37,635 nucleotides of DNA from a virus (IMGVR_UViG_3300020598_000121:1-37635); one strand, 5' to 3'. Shown: positions 25,986-35,121, numbered from the stretch's first letter. Numbers and translations are program-made. Notes: generated by a model from the letters alone, not told the origin.

Positions 25986-26555
25986 TCACTCCCCCTCCTG
26001 AGTGGCTTCAATCAGTGCGCGTGCTGAATCCTGAAGATCGCGCACGACGTTCCAGCAGCATCCGCAGAAGTACCGCCACTTGTCGGATGCCCGGGCATTC
26101 ATGGTCACGGCGACCATCTCGATGATGTCGCGATCACTCAGGCCGGCCCGGGAGAACTGTTCGAGCGACTGCTCCCAGTCGGGTGCAAGGTCAGCCGACC
26201 GAAACAAGTGGGGGCGCAGACTTTCCCACTCATCCCTGAATCGATCGTTGCGAAGTTTCCGCTGTCGTGCGTCAGTCGCTCGTTGTTCGGCGGCCAGCTC
26301 CAGCGCCTTCGCCCAGACGAGCGCCTGCGTGGCTACATCCGACACCAGTTCGGAATCGGGTGTCGAAGCGGACTTCCCGGAGTTGCAATCGGCGCAGGCG
26401 GTGACCAGGTTGGTCGGTTCGTCGCCGCCGCCGAGTGCCACCGGGGTGACGTGGTCGACGACGAGCTTCACATCCGGGGATGTGGCGCCGCAGTACCTGC
26501 AGGCGTGGTTGTCTCGGCGCAGGATCTCGTACCGCAGTCTCTTCGTGACGGCCAT
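25986..26555 (-). CDS. HNH endonuclease-domain protein
   Basis: RYEILRRDNHACRYCG..VDHVTP..GG..NLVTACADCN. Confidence 0.9.
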   Translation of the reverse strand: MAVTKRLRYEILRRDNHACRYCGATSPDVKLVVDHVTPVALGGGDEPTNLVTACADCNSGKSASTPDSELVSDVATQALVWAKALELAAEQRATDARQRKLRNDRFRDEWESLRPHLFRSADLAPDWEQSLEQFSRAGLSDRDIIEMVAVTMNARASDKWRYFCGCCWNVVRDLQDSARALIEATQEGE

Positions 26556-26708
26556 TCAGCCTGCCCTCCTCTCGTACTCGATCAGTTCCAGTGGGTAGTG
26601 GTGCCCGAACATGACGCACACGCGGTGTGCGCCGTCGTGGTGCCGACGCACCCGCCCGGTCTCGGTGACCTGGGCGGGGCGTCGGCACACTGGGCACGTG
26701 ACGGTCAC
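26556..26708 (-). CDS. Small Cys/His protein (50 aa)
   Basis: CPVC...H...C; GTG 26708 is coupled to the upstream stop. Confidence 0.6.
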   Translation of the reverse strand: MTVTCPVCRRPAQVTETGRVRRHHDGAHRVCVMFGHHYPLELIEYERRAG

Positions 26709-26860
26709 AGCAGTCCCCGGCAGTCGCGGCACCAGTACGCACCAGCGGCTGCGGGAGCACCGCACACCTTGCAGAAACGCGGGGGCGGAACGTGCGGATT
26801 CTGTGCAGCCTTGATTGCTGCTGACGGCTCGACAGAGTCCGTCACAGATGGTTCGCTCAC
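26705..26860 (-). CDS. Zinc-ribbon protein (51 aa)
   Basis: Manual translation ...RFCKVCGAPAAAGAYWCRDCRGLL; GTGA overlaps at both ends. Confidence 0.6.
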   Translation of the reverse strand: MSEPSVTDSVEPSAAIKAAQNPHVPPPRFCKVCGAPAAAGAYWCRDCRGLL

Positions 26861-27402
26861 GGTCGATCACTCGCCATCAGCCGGCGGAAGCACTCGGCAG
26901 TTGCGCGCGCATCCCCCATCGCCGTGTGCGGGTCGTCGTTCGTGACTCCGAGGAGCTCGCACACCTTCGACAGTCCGGGCGTCTCGGTCGGAGGCAGTCC
27001 GAACCGACCGGCCGCATACGCAGCCAGATCGGCCAGCCGGTAGTGCCAGGGCTGCGGTTCATTCAGGTGGGCCGCGAGGTGCCTGCGCAGGACGGCCGCG
27101 TCGTACGCGGGGTTCGACCCCGCGAGCGTGTTTCCGGCGAGCATGTCGGCGAGCTTCTCGAGTGCGTCCTCGTTTGCTCTGTCGGAGGTTGCGGCCTCGC
27201 GGAACACACCGCGTTCGAAGTACCGGTTCACCTCAAGTGCATCGGCATCGAACTTGCTGTACAGCTCACGCTTGATCCACGGGGCGAAGTAGAACTCCTC
27301 GCCGGTCGCAACGTTCACGGCAGCGATCTCGAGTGCTACCGCACGGGAGACATCGAGGCTGGACGTTTCGATGTCGACGACGATCAGCTGACGTTCGCTC
27401 AT
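26857..27402 (-). CDS. DnaQ-like 3'-5' exonuclease (DEDDh)
   Basis: VVDIETS, GSNPAYD and HTAMGDA motifs. Confidence 0.9.
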   Translation of the reverse strand: MSERQLIVVDIETSSLDVSRAVALEIAAVNVATGEEFYFAPWIKRELYSKFDADALEVNRYFERGVFREAATSDRANEDALEKLADMLAGNTLAGSNPAYDAAVLRRHLAAHLNEPQPWHYRLADLAAYAAGRFGLPPTETPGLSKVCELLGVTNDDPHTAMGDARATAECFRRLMASDRP

Positions 27403-28430
27403 GCGGCACCGCCGGCGAATCCGTCGAGGAGCCACTGCGCCTGGTCGTTGGTGAGGTCCTCGAGCTTCTCCAGGTCGGGCTGTTTGACTGTGTCGGCGAC
27501 CCACTTCAGCTGGGCGGCCGGGTCGGTGACACCATCAGCTTCGATCGCTGCGACAAGTGCGGTGATCTGCTGATCGGTGGCGAGCTGCACCCCGTCGATC
27601 GCATCCGGTGTGACGATCTCGCCGTCGAGGATGTCGCTGATGCCGCGCTCGTCGGCGCCGTATCCGTTCATGCGTTCGTCGCGGATCCGGTCGCGCACTG
27701 CGCCTTCGGACTGGACGTCACGCACGGCCCGGAGCTGCTCGCGCACGTACTCGGCGGAGGTGGGCACCCACTTCGACAGTTGGCGCACCGCGGACTTGAG
27801 CCACATCGCAGCCTCATGCTGCGTCCATGGGGAGTACTCTCCGGACGATCCCTGCGAGGACTTCTTGATGCGGTCGATGTCCGCTTTGTTCATCACGACG
27901 ACTTTCGAGAACGAGCCGTCCTTCATGCGGGCGTAGGCGTAGACGAGGCGCAGTGTCCCGCGGTTGTCGGCGTCCCAGTCGATCTCGTGGCTCGGGATCT
28001 CGTCGCGGCCGGGCTGGTAGCGGAACGAGTCGTTGGTGTAGACGACCTCGGCGACGACCGACGAGATCGCGCCGGCTCGGTACATCAACTCGATGATGCC
28101 CTGGTATCCGACGACACCGAGGATTTCGAGCTGGCCTTTCACCTTGCGTGGGGTGAGGTAGAACTGCTCGGTACCTGGCTCGAGGCCGAGGCGGGCTGCG
28201 TCGAGCAGGGCGGCCATGAACACGGATGGGTTGTTGGAGGCGGCGATCTCGAGATCGGTGCGGCCGGACCGGTCCTTGCGGCCCTTCTTCAGTGCGCCCT
28301 GGGCGAGACGTACGAACGTCTCTGGCTTGACGTGGGAGGGCAGCACGGTTTGGAAGTCGGACTGGTATGCGGCGATCATGCCGCGGGGGCTGTCGTCGCG
28401 CTTGGCGACGGCGTTCTGCAGGGTGGTCAT
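27399..28430 (-). CDS. recT: RecT-like single-strand annealing protein
   Basis: AARLGLEPG..YLTP..GYQGIIELMYRAG..PW..MWLKSAVR motifs. Confidence 0.93.
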   Translation of the reverse strand: MTTLQNAVAKRDDSPRGMIAAYQSDFQTVLPSHVKPETFVRLAQGALKKGRKDRSGRTDLEIAASNNPSVFMAALLDAARLGLEPGTEQFYLTPRKVKGQLEILGVVGYQGIIELMYRAGAISSVVAEVVYTNDSFRYQPGRDEIPSHEIDWDADNRGTLRLVYAYARMKDGSFSKVVVMNKADIDRIKKSSQGSSGEYSPWTQHEAAMWLKSAVRQLSKWVPTSAEYVREQLRAVRDVQSEGAVRDRIRDERMNGYGADERGISDILDGEIVTPDAIDGVQLATDQQITALVAAIEADGVTDPAAQLKWVADTVKQPDLEKLEDLTNDQAQWLLDGFAGGAA

Positions 28431-29377
28431 GCTGCGCTCCTGATGTCGGTGATGAAGGTGGTCTTGCGGGTGCCCTTCTTCAGGTAGGGCGGGTTGTCGC
28501 CGCGTCCCGGGACGCGGGTGGCGATGTGCGTTTCGATGGAGGTGTCGTCGTCGCCGGGCGTGACGGTCACTGCGCGCCGTCCTTCGCCGATCGCATCGAG
28601 AACGAGCGATGCGGCGTGCTGGCGTTCGGCTTTCGCGGCGTCTTCCGCGTCGATCGCAGCGAAGTAGCGGTCGGCCAAGCTCGGCTCGATAGGCACCGCA
28701 TCGGTGCCGTCGAATCCGGGTGCGAGCTTGCGCAGGGTTTCGTAGGTGGTGGTGTCCTCGTCGATGTCCGGGCGGGTCGGGTTCGATCCGCCCGGCAGTG
28801 TGGCGAGGAACGCGAGTGCTTCGCCCCGCAACCACCGGATCTCCTCTTCCACCTCCGGTGTGCGGTGAATGACATACTCGGCGAACGAGAGCCGCGAGTT
28901 GACGACCGCGAAATGCACCACCTCGGCGTCGAGGGTGTCCATTTGCCACAATCCCTGTGCCCGGTAGAACACGGGGATCTCGTCGGTGCCGGGGGTGCCG
29001 AACTCGTATCCGGATGCGTCGGACTTGAGTTCGAGGATGCGGCGCCGGCCACCGGTACGCCAGATCAGACGGTCCGGGTTCGAGTACTGCCAGAGCCGCT
29101 GGTCGTTGCGCCACGTTCCGGTGCGGACGATCCGCCACTCGGGATGTTGATTTGCGAACCACGCGGCGATAGCCGGTTCGAGGTAGTGGCCGCGGCGCAT
29201 CTCGTCGGTCGACTCGTCAGCAGGCACGAGGCCGGCCATCTCGTGCCACAGCGAGAACCGGTTGCCCCAGCCTGGCGGGTTCAGCCGCAGCATCGCCGGG
29301 ATCTTCGATGCGGTCAGCGCAGCACGCCATTCCGGAGAGCCTGGTTCGAGGGGCGTGTCGAGCAGTGTGGCGCTCAT
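28427..29377 (-). CDS. YqaJ/RecE-like recombination exonuclease
   Basis: PGSPEW..TASK..GHYLEP..NPDR..LELK..YRAQGLWQM motifs; adjacent to recT. Confidence 0.9.
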   Translation of the reverse strand: MSATLLDTPLEPGSPEWRAALTASKIPAMLRLNPPGWGNRFSLWHEMAGLVPADESTDEMRRGHYLEPAIAAWFANQHPEWRIVRTGTWRNDQRLWQYSNPDRLIWRTGGRRRILELKSDASGYEFGTPGTDEIPVFYRAQGLWQMDTLDAEVVHFAVVNSRLSFAEYVIHRTPEVEEEIRWLRGEALAFLATLPGGSNPTRPDIDEDTTTYETLRKLAPGFDGTDAVPIEPSLADRYFAAIDAEDAAKAERQHAASLVLDAIGEGRRAVTVTPGDDDTSIETHIATRVPGRGDNPPYLKKGTRKTTFITDIRSAA

Positions 29378-29628
29378 TCGTCCCACCCGCTTACAACACC
29401 GTTGTCGTTGATGGTGTGGCCGTGGTACTGGGCTTTGAAGGTGCGTGGGTTGATGAGGTCGTTCGCGCATCCGGCTGGCTTGCAGGCGGTGGTGCGCACC
29501 ATGGGGCATTCCGGTTTCGGGCAGTGCCACTTCGGCCCGGGGTCAGGGAACGTGGTGACACCGAGCTGGTGATCGAGTTGGATTTCGTGGGCGCGGTCAG
29601 CAGCGGCACCCGGATCGAGAGCGGTCAC
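29374..29628 (-). CDS. Hypothetical protein (84 aa)
   Basis: Coupled start and stop. Confidence 0.6.
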   Translation of the reverse strand: MTALDPGAAADRAHEIQLDHQLGVTTFPDPGPKWHCPKPECPMVRTTACKPAGCANDLINPRTFKAQYHGHTINDNGVVSGWDE

Positions 29629-30200
29629 AGGGCATCGGCCTTCCGCAGTTCAGTGAAGGGCGCGAAGTTGTTCGATCCGGGGCTGTCGACGCGGTGTACG
29701 TGGTCCATGCCCATGTCTTCGCCGTTGTGGTAGATGGGCATGAAGTCCTGAGTGCCGTCGATGCGGCGCATGACGTCGCCTGTCAGGTCGAGCACCCGCT
29801 CTACGTCAGCGGGAATGTCCTCCTGTCGTTGCCACGTCCGCGAGCCCAGGCCCCAGACCTTGTCCCTGTCTGGGTTCAGGAGGTAGCAAGTGAGCGCCGC
29901 GGGAGAGATGCGGCGTGGCATGGCATCGAGAACCGCATCTTCGCGAGCCTTCTCCTCGTCGAGCTTCGCGAGGACAGCGCGGATGCCAGCGCGGTCGGCG
30001 TCCTTGACGTGACGCTTGGTCACACGCGCGGCCCAGAACACCTCCGCGAGTTTGTCGATGCGCTTCTCGTCGGCCTGCCCGCGCTCGAGTCGACCGGCTT
30101 CCTCTCGGAGGGCGTGTCCGGGGCCGAGTCCGTGCCCGCATCCGTCGATCCAGTCGGCGGCAGCCCGCAGGATCTCGGGCGTGATATCGATGTCAGTCAT
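29625..30200 (-). CDS. Hypothetical protein (191 aa)
   Basis: AGGAG RBS before MTDIDITPE; C-terminal FAPFTE pattern. Confidence 0.7.
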   Translation of the reverse strand: MTDIDITPEILRAAADWIDGCGHGLGPGHALREEAGRLERGQADEKRIDKLAEVFWAARVTKRHVKDADRAGIRAVLAKLDEEKAREDAVLDAMPRRISPAALTCYLLNPDRDKVWGLGSRTWQRQEDIPADVERVLDLTGDVMRRIDGTQDFMPIYHNGEDMGMDHVHRVDSPGSNNFAPFTELRKADAL

Positions 30201-30370
30201 GGATGGCTCCTGTAGTGGCTGATGAAGAATCGGGTGCGGTGCTGGTCGCCGTGCACGACATCGGATTTCCAGCACGGCAAGTCGTCTTTCCATGCCCGGT
30301 AGAACTCGCGTTCGTCGACTTCGATCCAGTCGGCGTGACCAGGCGGCACCGGCGGCAACGGTGCGGTCAT
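30197..30370 (-). CDS. Hypothetical 57-aa protein
   Basis: MTAPLPPVPPGHADW...; ATGA overlaps at both ends. Confidence 0.6.
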   Translation of the reverse strand: MTAPLPPVPPGHADWIEVDEREFYRAWKDDLPCWKSDVVHGDQHRTRFFISHYRSHP

Positions 30371-30696
30371 GACGCGGCCTTACCTGTCCGGTAGCACCAC
30401 TGACACATGCCTTTCGATCCAGCGAGGACAGTTCCGGGGAACTGGGCGGCACGTGCGCGTTTCGGCCGGATCAACTGTTGACAGTCCGGGTTCGCGCAGC
30501 GTTTGAGTTCGACGTCCATGGGCATTGACACCGGCGCCGGATACAGTGCCCGGTCCTCGGAAAAGGCTTCCCACAGGGCCGGATCCGGTTTCAATGCCGG
30601 CCGGTTCGGGATCGACCGAGCCCAGACGTCGATTGCTTTCGACAGGGCTTCGTCGTCGACGATCAGGTGATCATGGTGGTCGAAGATGGCGGTCAT
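30367..30696 (-). CDS. Hypothetical zinc-finger protein
   Basis: CANPDC...GMCQWCY. Confidence 0.7.
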   Translation of the reverse strand: MTAIFDHHDHLIVDDEALSKAIDVWARSIPNRPALKPDPALWEAFSEDRALYPAPVSMPMDVELKRCANPDCQQLIRPKRARAAQFPGTVLAGSKGMCQWCYRTGKAAS

Positions 30697-31484
30697 GCTG
30701 CGCTCCGATCTCTCACAATCTGGCGGGTGGACACCTTCAGTTGGGATGCGATGACCTCAGCGGACAGGCCCTGCTCGGTCAGTTCCCGTACGCGGCCGCG
30801 ACGCTCAGCGGCAGCGTCCTTGCGTGCGTCGCCCCAGGTGCGGCGAGACGGGATCGGTTCGCCGGCAGGGTCGTCGATCGCTTCCTCGTCCCACTCGAGC
30901 GGCAGAGCCCACCCGTGTTTGACGCCGAGGTTCCGGGCCCGCGTCGAGGGGCCCTTGCGGACTTCGAGTTCGTTGAACAGGGCGCGGATGTCTCGGTCGC
31001 GTTGGGCACTCACCGCGGCCTGATGCCCGTGGACGACCACACCGAGGTTGTGGACGGTCATGCCGAGACGCTGCGCGATGTACGTTTGGGTCCAGCCGTT
31101 CGCGACCATCGCTTGCAGGCGCCTGGTTGCCCCGATGGATGGGACGCGGTCGTAGTCTGCGGCCGCCACGTGCTTGCCGGCGGGGATCGGTGTCGACAAG
31201 ATTCGTGTCACGGTTCGGTGAGACGAGATGTCGGCGCCGCGGTAGATGGTGGTGAGCTGCTTGCGGTTCACTCCGGTGAGGAGTTCCATCTGCCGCCAGG
31301 ACACGCCCACTTCCCGGAGTTGGGTGATGTGGGTGCGCGCTTTGCTGGCGTCGACGTACTGCGACTCGAATCGGCCGTACGCGTGCTGCCTGACCCGCCA
31401 GCGTTCGTAGCAGCTCTTGCACATGCCGCGGCGGAGTTGCCCTCCTCCGCCGCATTCGTGGGTGGTGCACTTGGCGGCGGTCAT
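30693..31484 (-). CDS. Multi-HTH DNA-binding protein
   Basis: RGMCKSCY, GATRRLQAMVANGW and C-terminal GLSAEVIASQLKVSTRQIVRDR motifs. Confidence 0.8.
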   Translation of the reverse strand: MTAAKCTTHECGGGGQLRRGMCKSCYERWRVRQHAYGRFESQYVDASKARTHITQLREVGVSWRQMELLTGVNRKQLTTIYRGADISSHRTVTRILSTPIPAGKHVAAADYDRVPSIGATRRLQAMVANGWTQTYIAQRLGMTVHNLGVVVHGHQAAVSAQRDRDIRALFNELEVRKGPSTRARNLGVKHGWALPLEWDEEAIDDPAGEPIPSRRTWGDARKDAAAERRGRVRELTEQGLSAEVIASQLKVSTRQIVRDRSAA

Positions 31485-31810
31485 GATGCGCGGTCCTTCT
31501 GCGTCGAATCGATGTAGGCGTCGTACGCCTTGATGAGGGCATCGATCGTGATGGTCCCGAGTCGCTTGTCCAATCGGTCCTGCAGCTCGATCGGGGCAGC
31601 GAGGTACAACTCAGCGAAGTCGATTGCCGGAACACGCACTCCGTCTTCGATGGCGACAGAGGCGCGCTTGACGGCCCACCTGCGCCGGTCGTAGTCGCGA
31701 CGTGCTGCGAGACATGGGCCGCAAGGGCTTTCACCCCGTCGGTGGTGGATGGTGTATCCGCTGCTCGTTCCGCAGGTGGCTTCGTTGATGGTTGGCGGCT
31801 TTTTGCTCAC
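31481..31810 (-). CDS. Hypothetical protein with Cys/His metal-binding motif
   Basis: CGTSSGY..H.RRGE.PC.PC motif. Confidence 0.75.
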   Translation of the reverse strand: MSKKPPTINEATCGTSSGYTIHHRRGESPCGPCLAARRDYDRRRWAVKRASVAIEDGVRVPAIDFAELYLAAPIELQDRLDKRLGTITIDALIKAYDAYIDSTQKDRAS

Positions 31811-31944
31811 AGTCCTGGCCCCTGAACGAGGATCACGAACCCGAGCAGGATCGTCAGCAAGCCGAGGGACAGGCCGGCCAGGAATCCGAGCGGGCGCCGC
31901 GGCGCCTTGACGATCTCACCGTCACGGATGATGAAGTGCTGCAT
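31807..31944 (-). CDS. Small membrane protein (45 aa)
   Basis: MQHFIIRDG...LGFLAGLSLGLLTILLGFVILV; GAGGAGG RBS; coupled at both ends. Confidence 0.65.
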   Translation of the reverse strand: MQHFIIRDGEIVKAPRRPLGFLAGLSLGLLTILLGFVILVQGPGL

Positions 31945-32096
31945 CAGTCCTCCTCACGGAACATCGGGGGACGCTGCTCATCCCAGAGCGCGTCATGAAT
32001 CGGGGTATCAGTGCGCGGCTTGCGGTTACGGGCAGCGAAGAAACCGATGCCGGCCGCTGCGATACGCACGTCGATTTCGTTCGGGCGAGTGTTCAT
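31944..32096 (-). CDS. Hypothetical 50-aa protein
   Basis: GGAGG RBS; ATGA overlap. Confidence 0.6.
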   Translation of the reverse strand: MNTRPNEIDVRIAAAGIGFFAARNRKPRTDTPIHDALWDEQRPPMFREED

Positions 32097-32215
32097 CGCT
32101 GCACCTCCCACGTGCCGACCGGCGGCGTGTACACGGGCTCGTCGTGGCAGGCACCAGCGATCAAGCCGCCAGCGAACAAACAGGCCAGGAACAGGGACGC
32201 ACGGAGGCGAGTCAT
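32093..32215 (-). CDS. Small putative lipoprotein or membrane peptide (40 aa)
   Basis: MTRLRASLFLACLFAGGLIAGAC-HDEP; AAGGAGG RBS. Confidence 0.6.
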   Translation of the reverse strand: MTRLRASLFLACLFAGGLIAGACHDEPVYTPPVGTWEVQR

Positions 32216-32526
32216 GCCGACACCTCCTTCGGCGCCGAGATGATTTCCGTGGCCGAAGTGATGACCGCGGTGTGCTTCTCCACTCGCCCCTTGGGACGGA
32301 ATTTGTCCCGGTACGAGATCGCTGCGGCCTCACCCTCGCTCACAAGCCACCCGAATTTGCCGTATGGGCTGTCCTCGTACACCCAGTACGTGACATTGGT
32401 GTACGTGCCGACCTTCGCGTCGGGCCCGCACTCCGGCGACAACTCTCGGATCCGAGCGACCAGCTGCGGGAACGTGTAGCTGCGGCCGTCGATCTGGATG
32501 ATCGGTTCTCCGACAGAGGCACTCAT
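32212..32526 (-). CDS. Hypothetical protein (104 aa)
   Basis: Coupled start and stop; GGAGG RBS. Confidence 0.7.
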   Translation of the reverse strand: MSASVGEPIIQIDGRSYTFPQLVARIRELSPECGPDAKVGTYTNVTYWVYEDSPYGKFGWLVSEGEAAAISYRDKFRPKGRVEKHTAVITSATEIISAPKEVSA

Positions 32527-32741
32527 GCGGCTCGCCTCCCCCGCCGCTGCGGCGCCGGCATTTCCGGGGAGCCGGCAGCGATCCAGTCGGCGACCGCCTC
32601 TTCAGTGAAGAAGAACCGGCAGTGCGGCTGCCTCGGCAGATGCTTGAGGGCACCCGAGTTCGCAACATTGCGCACACGAACCTCACCGCGGCCCGACACG
32701 GCCATCACTTCGGCGACAGTCAACGGTTTCTTGAGGGTCAT
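32523..32741 (-). CDS. Xis/MerR-like HTH protein
   Basis: LTVAEV...SGAL...FFFTEEAVADWI. Confidence 0.7.
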   Translation of the reverse strand: MTLKKPLTVAEVMAVSGRGEVRVRNVANSGALKHLPRQPHCRFFFTEEAVADWIAAGSPEMPAPQRRGRRAA

Positions 32742-32905
32742 GCGTTCACCACCAAACGGTCTGTTGTGACAGCGATTTGGATCGGGCCGAATCCGTCGTG
32801 GTAGTCGGCTTCGACGAGGGCGAGATGCTCGCCGGAGGAGCTGATGTAGAACTCGACCAGGTCGACACGCTCGCAGCCGTCGAGGCGGAGGCAGGTGGCG
32901 GTCAT
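32738..32905 (-). CDS. Hypothetical 55-aa protein
   Basis: MTATCLRLDGCERV...; ATGA overlaps at both ends. Confidence 0.6.
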   Translation of the reverse strand: MTATCLRLDGCERVDLVEFYISSSGEHLALVEADYHDGFGPIQIAVTTDRLVVNA

Positions 32906-33141
32906 GCTGCACCGCCCTCGTCCACAGCAGTGTTCGCAAGGAGGTCCTCGGCGAGCTGCTTGGCGTCTTCCGGCGACAGGTTGATCTCGAAGTTCGTCGG
33001 GCCCGCCGCAATCGCGAGCGTCACGACGTCATCGCCGTCCTCGGTCTCCCCCAGCCCGGTCGCGATGATCAAGCCATCGACGTCGACCGACGGGATCGGC
33101 AAGGCGTAGTAGGTGACAGGCTCGAATTGGTTGATGGTCAT
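32902..33141 (-). CDS. Hypothetical acidic protein (79 aa)
   Basis: GAGGAG RBS; LSPEDAKQLAEDL motif. Confidence 0.7.
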   Translation of the reverse strand: MTINQFEPVTYYALPIPSVDVDGLIIATGLGETEDGDDVVTLAIAAGPTNFEINLSPEDAKQLAEDLLANTAVDEGGAA

Positions 33142-33449
33142 GCCTCGGACTCCTCGATCTCGGGCCAGGTGATTCGGGACGATCGCTGGATGACGCACTC
33201 GGCGCCATAGCGGCGCAACAGATCTGCGCGCTTATTCGCAGTCGACCGGGACTTGTACGTCTTGCGGGTTGTGGGCCACACGAAGTCGGTGGTGCCGAGC
33301 ATCTCGACGTAGTTGCCTTCGGGCTTCCATCCGGCCGGCGCCCACCCGGGGGTGAGTTCGGTGACGATCTCGCCGCCGGGCAGTTCGATGTCGAAGGTGC
33401 TTCCTTCGGGCATCGAGGTGATGACGACGCGGTACAGGTAGTCGGTCAC
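33138..33449 (-). CDS. Hypothetical protein (103 aa)
   Basis: YKSRSTA..RADLL..YG..I.W pattern; coupled start and stop. Confidence 0.75.
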   Translation of the reverse strand: MTDYLYRVVITSMPEGSTFDIELPGGEIVTELTPGWAPAGWKPEGNYVEMLGTTDFVWPTTRKTYKSRSTANKRADLLRRYGAECVIQRSSRITWPEIEESEA

Positions 33450-34321
33450 GCTGCATCACCGCCGTGGATCTGTCGCGGAAGCTCGAGCGTGCCGTTCGCC
33501 TCGACATAGGAGGTGATCCACTTCCACGCGATGTCCTGCCCCTTCGGCAACAACCGTGTGGTGACGAAGGATCGACCGGTCGTCTCGTCGGTGTACTTCG
33601 AGTTCTCCGCCCAGCCGTTGCGGATCGCGGTGGCGGTGGCCTGCCCGGCGTCGGAGCGATCGCCGCGCACCGTCATGCCCTTGTGCGCAAGGAACGCCAT
33701 CACATGCTTCTGGAGAATCCAGATGCCGTGAATCTTCTTGCCCCAGGTCTGCACCTCACGGGCGAAGTCCTGCCGATTGATCGACGTCGTCGACGCCGAG
33801 TGCGCCTCGGCCTTGGCGACCATCGGGGCGTCATGCTCAACCTTCGCTTCGAGCTGGCGACGCTTGGACGCCTCGAGTTCAGCGCGGTCGTACTCGTCAG
33901 CAGCCATACGTAGTGCTTCACTCATCGACTGCGGAAGCGCGAACGGTGCCGGCGTCTGGGTTTCGGCGACGCGGGTCTGGATTGCGAAGTACGCCTGCGC
34001 CGCGGCAACCTCAGGCTTGTTCGGGTCGCCGTTCATCGCAACGAGGTACGCAGCAAAGCGGGAGAGCTCGAAGTCCTCGGCAGGCTTCGTTGCGGAGATC
34101 TTGCGGGATCCCGCGAAATTGCTGGACACGTCGTGCCCTTGGTTCTCTGCGGCCTTCATTGCCCGCTCGATCGGAACCATGAAGTTCCGCCACGCGGAGT
34201 AGCCCATCACCGGGGCGAGGTCGCGGGCCGACCAGAACTCCGAGCCGTCTGGTCGGGTCTGACGGATGGCGTCGAACGGGGACTCTGCACCATCCGAAAT
34301 GGGGGAAATAGCATGGTTCAT
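33446..34321 (-). CDS. Phage antirepressor (Bro-N/DinD-like N-terminus, Ant-like C-terminus)
   Basis: SPFDAIR..EFWSARDL..MGY..W.NF, MNGDPNKPEVAAAQAYFA, LPQSMSEALR and TTRLLPKGQ motifs. Confidence 0.88.
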   Translation of the reverse strand: MNHAISPISDGAESPFDAIRQTRPDGSEFWSARDLAPVMGYSAWRNFMVPIERAMKAAENQGHDVSSNFAGSRKISATKPAEDFELSRFAAYLVAMNGDPNKPEVAAAQAYFAIQTRVAETQTPAPFALPQSMSEALRMAADEYDRAELEASKRRQLEAKVEHDAPMVAKAEAHSASTTSINRQDFAREVQTWGKKIHGIWILQKHVMAFLAHKGMTVRGDRSDAGQATATAIRNGWAENSKYTDETTGRSFVTTRLLPKGQDIAWKWITSYVEANGTLELPRQIHGGDAA

Positions 34322-35121
34322 GCTTCTGGCCTTTCCTGGGCCTGGAGGCCACCGGCGGCGGGTGCGTTCTTGGCGGGACTGCCCGCCGCCGGTGCCGAAT
34401 TGGAGGCAGCAACGCTGCCAGTGGGAGTTGATGCCGTATGTCCGATGTGCTCGCCTGGATCGGAGCTATTGGAGGGCTCCTGGGTGGAGGCGCTGGACTT
34501 GGGTTCGGGGTTTCCGGCTTCGTCCAGTCGCGACGCGCAAACAAGATTGCTCAAGACGCCCGCGATTTTGCTGAGAGTGGACATCAACTGAGTTCGGACG
34601 CCAACAATCTCGCCCGAGAGGCGAACCGCATCGCTGTAGATGCGCGTCAACTCGCTGAAGAAGCGAACACGATCTCCATGCGTGCGGAAGCACGTGAGAC
34701 CGAAATCAACGATGTCCGCTGGGTAGGTGCATGGAAAGAGCCTGGGCGCTACATCCTGACCAACCGGGGCCAGGACGAAGCCATCGGGGTGAACGCCACC
34801 GTCACGGTAGACGGGGAAGAGGCGCATCGGCGGGTCGATTCGGTACCCGCTGGTGGTTACCTCGCGTTCGAGCTGCCTGAAGCGCGAGATCAGTTCCTGC
34901 GCGAGCAGCACCAGCTCCGCGCTGCGGAACGGCACGCGGCTGCCGGCCGATACGGGCACTTCCCCATCGGCAGGGCCGCGACGATTCTTGAACGGGTGGT
35001 GTGGGAAACCCTGCTCGGCAAAGAGCGTGTCCACGAAATCCAGTCGCCGATCAGCGACCTCGGAGAACGATAGGTTGCGTTGGGGGATGTCCGGGTCGTC
35101 CGGTATTTTTGGATCTGGCAT
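34318..35121 (-). CDS. Possible 267-aa ORF antisense to the membrane gene
   Basis: AAGAAAGGA RBS at the start and ATGA coupling to the antirepressor, but it lies in the codon-aligned shadow frame. Confidence 0.35.
   Translation of the reverse strand: MPDPKIPDDPDIPQRNLSFSEVADRRLDFVDTLFAEQGFPHHPFKNRRGPADGEVPVSAGSRVPFRSAELVLLAQELISRFRQLEREVTTSGYRIDPPMRLFPVYRDGGVHPDGFVLAPVGQDVAPRLFPCTYPADIVDFGLTCFRTHGDRVRFFSELTRIYSDAVRLSGEIVGVRTQLMSTLSKIAGVLSNLVCASRLDEAGNPEPKSSASTQEPSNSSDPGEHIGHTASTPTGSVAASNSAPAAGSPAKNAPAAGGLQAQERPEA
34438..35073 (+). CDS. Membrane-anchored coiled-coil protein (moron-like accessory gene)
   Basis: N-terminal Gly-rich TM segment, heptad A..AN repeats, beta-rich C-terminal domain; opposite to the operon, with its own downstream hairpin. 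Confidence 0.75.
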   Translation: MSDVLAWIGAIGGLLGGGAGLGFGVSGFVQSRRANKIAQDARDFAESGHQLSSDANNLAREANRIAVDARQLAEEANTISMRAEARETEINDVRWVGAWKEPGRYILTNRGQDEAIGVNATVTVDGEEAHRRVDSVPAGGYLAFELPEARDQFLREQHQLRAAERHAAAGRYGHFPIGRAATILERVVWETLLGKERVHEIQSPISDLGER

